Below are positions 59,490 through 64,000 of a DNA stretch of 64,000 bases, piece by piece. Positions within the stretch are counted from its first letter, which is position 1, and every line of letters starts with the position of its first letter. This stretch comes from Octopus vulgaris (lineage: Eukaryota), in assembly GCA_951406725.2 (NCBI GenBank), contig OX597840.1:1612001-1676000 (forward strand). Direction: 5' to 3'. Below the pieces are notes generated by a model. It did no database searches. It was not told the origin of the DNA and was given only the letters and a program-made list of their open reading frames with translations. The translations under genes were made by a program, and so were the position numbers.

Positions 59490-60605
59490 CGCACGGAGTG
59501 TTCAAGCTATATTCGATAATTTGCCTAATAGGAAAAGAAACCGCAAGATCCCATCCAAGACGAAAATTATTTAATTATTTTGAAATGAAAGCAAATAAAA
59601 TTAGCTAAAACTTGGTTTGTAAAAAACAGTTTCCTCAAAATAGACGCATTAATGTTTCACGACAGCCCCAAAACGCCTCTGGACACTGTTTCTCTGTGAA
59701 GATCTTCAAACATGTCTGTGGTTATGACTAGAAGCTCGGACTTGATTTTGCAGGCACTGCGGATGGTATCGTCTTAAATGGAACCCTACATTTAGTAAGT
59801 GGAAGCACATGGCCTAGTGGTTACAACAGCGGACTCGTGGGGTCGAATCTCAGACGGGGCAAACTGTGTTTTTATAACCAAAAAAAACTAAGCTCCACGC
59901 GGCTCCGGCAGAAAGTAATGGCAAACTTCTGCTGACTCTTTCGCCATAACTTTCTCTCACTCTTTCCTTCTGCATCATGCAGTTCACCTGCGATTGACCC
60001 GCGTCCCGTTCAAGCGGGGAACCTATACGCCAAGGAAACCGGGAAACCGGTCCTTATGTGACAGCCGTGGCTCGAGAAGGATCAAACAACATTTAGTCAA
60101 CTATGGAATTACTATCGGAGAAATTAGAAGGCTGGGAATTGTGATTGGTGAAATCATATTCATTCTTCGTAAGCCACTTCTGTTTTTTTTCCGGATTTAT
60201 ATCAAAGAACCATCATCTGCTGCTTCACATGTGGCCTTCCAACAGCAACCCCCTCCAGCGAGATTTTGTTTACAGTCTCCAGCAATTTCACATAGCTGTC
60301 TGAATGTAGTCTAAAGCCTATTTAATCAGTTCTCCAGTGAACCAAGATTTGCTGACGCAGACAGCGACTGTTGAGTCATTTCTTGCAGGCCTAGTTTTTT
60401 TGCCGGATTATGTCAAAAAACCATTATCTGCTGCTTCACATGTGGCCTTCTAACAGCAACCCTCTCCAGCCAACCTTTGTTCACAGTCTCCAGCAGTCTC
60501 ACATAGCTGTCTAAATGTAGACTAAAGCCTATTTAATCAGTTGCCCGATGAACCAAGACGTGCTGACACAGACAGAGCCACTGTTGAGTCACTTCTTGCA
60601 GGCCA
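59490..60605 (-). mobile_element. Tc1/mariner (maT/DD37D-like) remnant, interrupted by SINE C, with ~211 bp tandem duplication
   Basis: GFRLHSDSYVKLLETV...LEGVAVGRPHVKQQ...QKWLTKNEYDFTNHN..PSNFSD; duplicated block ~60183-60393 / ~60395-60604. Confidence 0.65.
59799..60088 (+). mobile_element. SINE family C-related (tail type 4), with TSD
   Basis: gtggaagcacatggcctagtggttacaacagcggactcg...aagctccacgcggctccggcag; flanked by acatttagt (59788-59796, 60089-60097). Confidence 0.8.
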
Positions 60606-60625
60606 CAGTTTCGTAATCTATATTA

Positions 60626-60852
60626 CGAGCTGGCAGAAACGTTAGCACGTCGGGCGAAATGCGTAGCCGTATTTCGTCTGCCGTTAAGTGTTCTGGGTTC
60701 AAATTCCGCCGAGGTCGACTTTGCCTTTCATCCTTTCGGGGTCGATAAATTAAGTACCAGTTACGCACTGGGGTCGATGTAATCGACTTAATCACTTTGT
60801 CTGTCCTTGTTTGTCCCCTCTATGCGTAGCCCCTTGTGGGTAGTAAAGAAAT
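60626..60852 (+). mobile_element. SINE family A
   Basis: Head to tail match. Confidence 0.92.
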
Positions 60853-61189
60853 ATATATTATAGATGTAGTTATAACTTTTGCATTGCGCACAAAGAATTG
60901 AACAGCAGTCATGATGCTGGCGTTCTGGTAGCTGGAGTGACTCGTTAAGATACAGGTAACTATTTTCCAATCTTCTAACAACTTCCACTCTTTCCTTTCA
61001 GTTAATGTGTTATCAACTACAAATTTAATTACTATGTCCCAAAGCCGTTGACAATCCACCAAAAAAACATATACATTAATATACCAATATAGATATATAT
61101 ATATATATATACATTTATAAGTAAGCATACAGATATATTTGTGTCTCTCATTCTCTCACCCTCTCTTTCTATACACACAAATGTATATA

Positions 61190-61240
<51 letters not shown>

Positions 61241-61294
61241 GTGTATGTATATATGTATGTGTGTGTGTATATATATATATAAATATATATATAA

Positions 61295-61354
<60 letters not shown>

Positions 61355-61694
61355 ACGTGTATATGCGTGCTTGTGTGTATGGCTCTGTGTGTATATGTAT
61401 TGATATATGTATATGCATGTATATATATATATATATATATATACATGTGTGTGTGTATATATATATATAAATATATATACATGCATATACATATATCATA
61501 TACATATACACACGTGTATATTATGCCATACACACAAGCACGCATATACACGTATATATATATATATATATATACAGGTATATATATATATAAATATATC
61601 TTCTCTGTCACCTTGATTTCAATTATTGGTAACATTTGTTTTTGCTTGTTTTCAATGATAAATCGTTCACGACAGCATCTCCATCATATGAACA

Positions 61695-61761
61695 CCATCA
61701 TCGCCACCACAACCATCACCACATCTACCACCACTACCCCTATCATCATCACCATCACCAC

Positions 61762-61836
<75 letters not shown>

Positions 61837-61870
61837 TATCATCACCATCATCATCATCAATAAAATCGTC

Positions 61871-61937
<67 letters not shown>

Positions 61938-62001
61938 ATAAAATCGTCATCATCATCATCATATCATCACCATCATCATCATCAATAAAATCGTCATCAT
62001 C

Positions 62002-62033
<32 letters not shown>

Positions 62034-62073
62034 CATCATCATATCATCACCATCATCATCATCAATAAAATCG

Positions 62074-62109
<36 letters not shown>

Positions 62110-62171
62110 ATAAAATCGTCATCATCATCATTATCATCACCATCATCATCATCAATAAAATCGTCATCATC

Positions 62172-62242
<71 letters not shown>

Positions 62243-62900
62243 AAAATCGTCATCATCATCATCATCATCATCACCATCATCATCATCGCCGTCATCATCA
62301 TATTAGGAGCACCGTTTCCGTCGCCATCGTGATCAATACATCGCGCTCCTTGTTAGAGAATCAATCATCGACGGAAACGTCATTGTCACATTCATTATAT
62401 TCGTTATCAACAAACCTGACGCCTCAGAAATACATCACCACCACCACCATCACCACCACCACTACAACCACCACCACTGCCACCACCATCACCAGCACCA
62501 GCCCTGCTACCACTACCACTAACACCACTACCATCATCACGTATCATCCTCACCATTCATCACCATCATCGCCATCATCATCATCGCCATCATCATCATC
62601 ATCATCGCCATCCTCCTCCTCCTCATCATCATCATCATCCTCACCATTCATCACCATCATCGCCATCACCATCATCGCCATCCTCCTCCTCTCCTCCACA
62701 TCATCATAATCATCATCACCATCATCGCCATCCTTCTCCTCCCCCTCCTCATCCTCATCATCATCAACAGGGCCGCAATTTTCATCCTCTTCATCAGAAT
62801 CACCGCTATCAACGCCATTATTGCCATCATTGTCGAGCCCATCAACATCCCTATCGTTATCATCATCACTACCACGACCACTACCAGTACATCAATCTCT
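61695..62900. repeat. (CAT)n/(CAC)n field with recurrent caataaaatcgt interruption
   Basis: The interruption recurs about 7 times between 61858 and 62250, indicating higher-order duplication. Confidence 0.9.
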
Positions 62901-62999
62901 TCCATACCATCAACATTAAGATGAAGATGATAATGCTAATGGTGGTGATGATGATGATGATTATGATGATGATGATGAGGGTAATGATGGTGATGACGA

Positions 63000-64000
63000 T
63001 GTCGCTAAGACTGACGAAAATCCACTAAGACGGACGAAATGCCACTAAGACTGACGAAATACCGCTAAGACTGACGAAATGCCGCTAAGACTGACGAAAT
63101 ACCCCTAAGACTGACGAAATACCGCTAAGACTGACGAAATGCCGCTAAGACTGACGAAATGCCGCTAAGACTGACGAAATACCGCTAAGACTGACGAAAT
63201 GCCGCTAAGACTGACGAAATACCCCTAAGACTGACGAAATGCCGCTAAGACTGACGAAATGCCGCTAAGACTGACGAAATACCGCTAAGACTGACGAAAT
63301 ACCGCTAAGACTGACGAAATGCCGCTAAGACTGACGAAATGCCGCTAAGACTGACGAAATGCCGCTAAGACTGACGAAATGCCGCTAAGACTGACGAAAT
63401 GCCGCTAAGACTGACGAAATGCCGCTAAAACTGACGAAATGCCGCTAAGACTGACGAAATTCCGCTAAGACTGACGAAATACCGCTAAGACTGACGAAAT
63501 GCCGCTAAGACTGACGAAATGCCGCTAAGACTGACGAAATACCGCTAAGACTGACGAAATGCCGCTAAGACTGACGAAATGCCGCTAAAACTGACAAAAT
63601 GCCGCTAAGACGGACGGAATGCCGCTAAGACTGACGAAATGCCGCTAAGACTGACGAAATACCGCTAAGACTGACGAAATGCCGCTAAGACTGACGAAAT
63701 GCCGCTAAGACTGACGAAATGCCGCCAAGACTGACAAAATGCCGCTAAGACTGACGAAATACCACTAAGACTGACGAAATGCCGCTAACTGAGACTGACG
63801 AAATGCCGCTAAGACTGACAAAATGCCGCTAAGACTGACGAAATACCGCTAAGACTGACGAAATGCCGCTAAGACTGACGAAATGCCGCTAAGACTGACG
63901 AAATGCCGCTAAGACTGACGAAATACCGCTAAGACTGACGAAATGTCGCTAAGACTGACGAAATGACGCTAAGAATGACGAAATACCGCTAAGACTGACG
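63000..64000. repeat. 20 bp satellite, ~50 copies, runs off the window end
   Basis: Unit (g/a)ccgctaagactgacgaaat, head-to-tail with no spacers. Confidence 0.98.

Noticed and set aside
63000-64000. CRISPR-like array
   Set aside because: Contiguous 20 bp units with no unique spacers, no cas genes, eukaryotic context.

Overview
AT-rich, microsatellite-saturated eukaryotic intergenic or intronic DNA. The SINE families and repeat landscape look like a coleoid cephalopod (Octopus-type) genome; that assignment is inference. No intact protein-coding gene is supported: nearly all listed ORFs are translations of (TA)n, (CA)n, (GATA)n, (TAA)n, (GAA)n, (CAT)n and (CAC)n tracts or of SINEs. The window holds three tRNA-derived SINE families (called A, B, C here) in many copies. 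It also holds decayed LINEs (RTE, CR1-type, L1/Tx1-like, R4/Dong-type), Tc1/mariner fragments, a non-autonomous Helitron, two Penelope-like GIY-YIG remnants, and tandem arrays with 174, 51 and 20 bp units. The most striking signal is a set of short fold-back (palindromic) elements that carry type I hammerhead ribozyme motifs (30.5, 51.0, 53.1 and 54.2 kb, with decayed relatives elsewhere). Some have intact catalytic cores, palindromic or nearly loopless stem III, and large stem II inserts. SINE and remnant boundaries are approximate.
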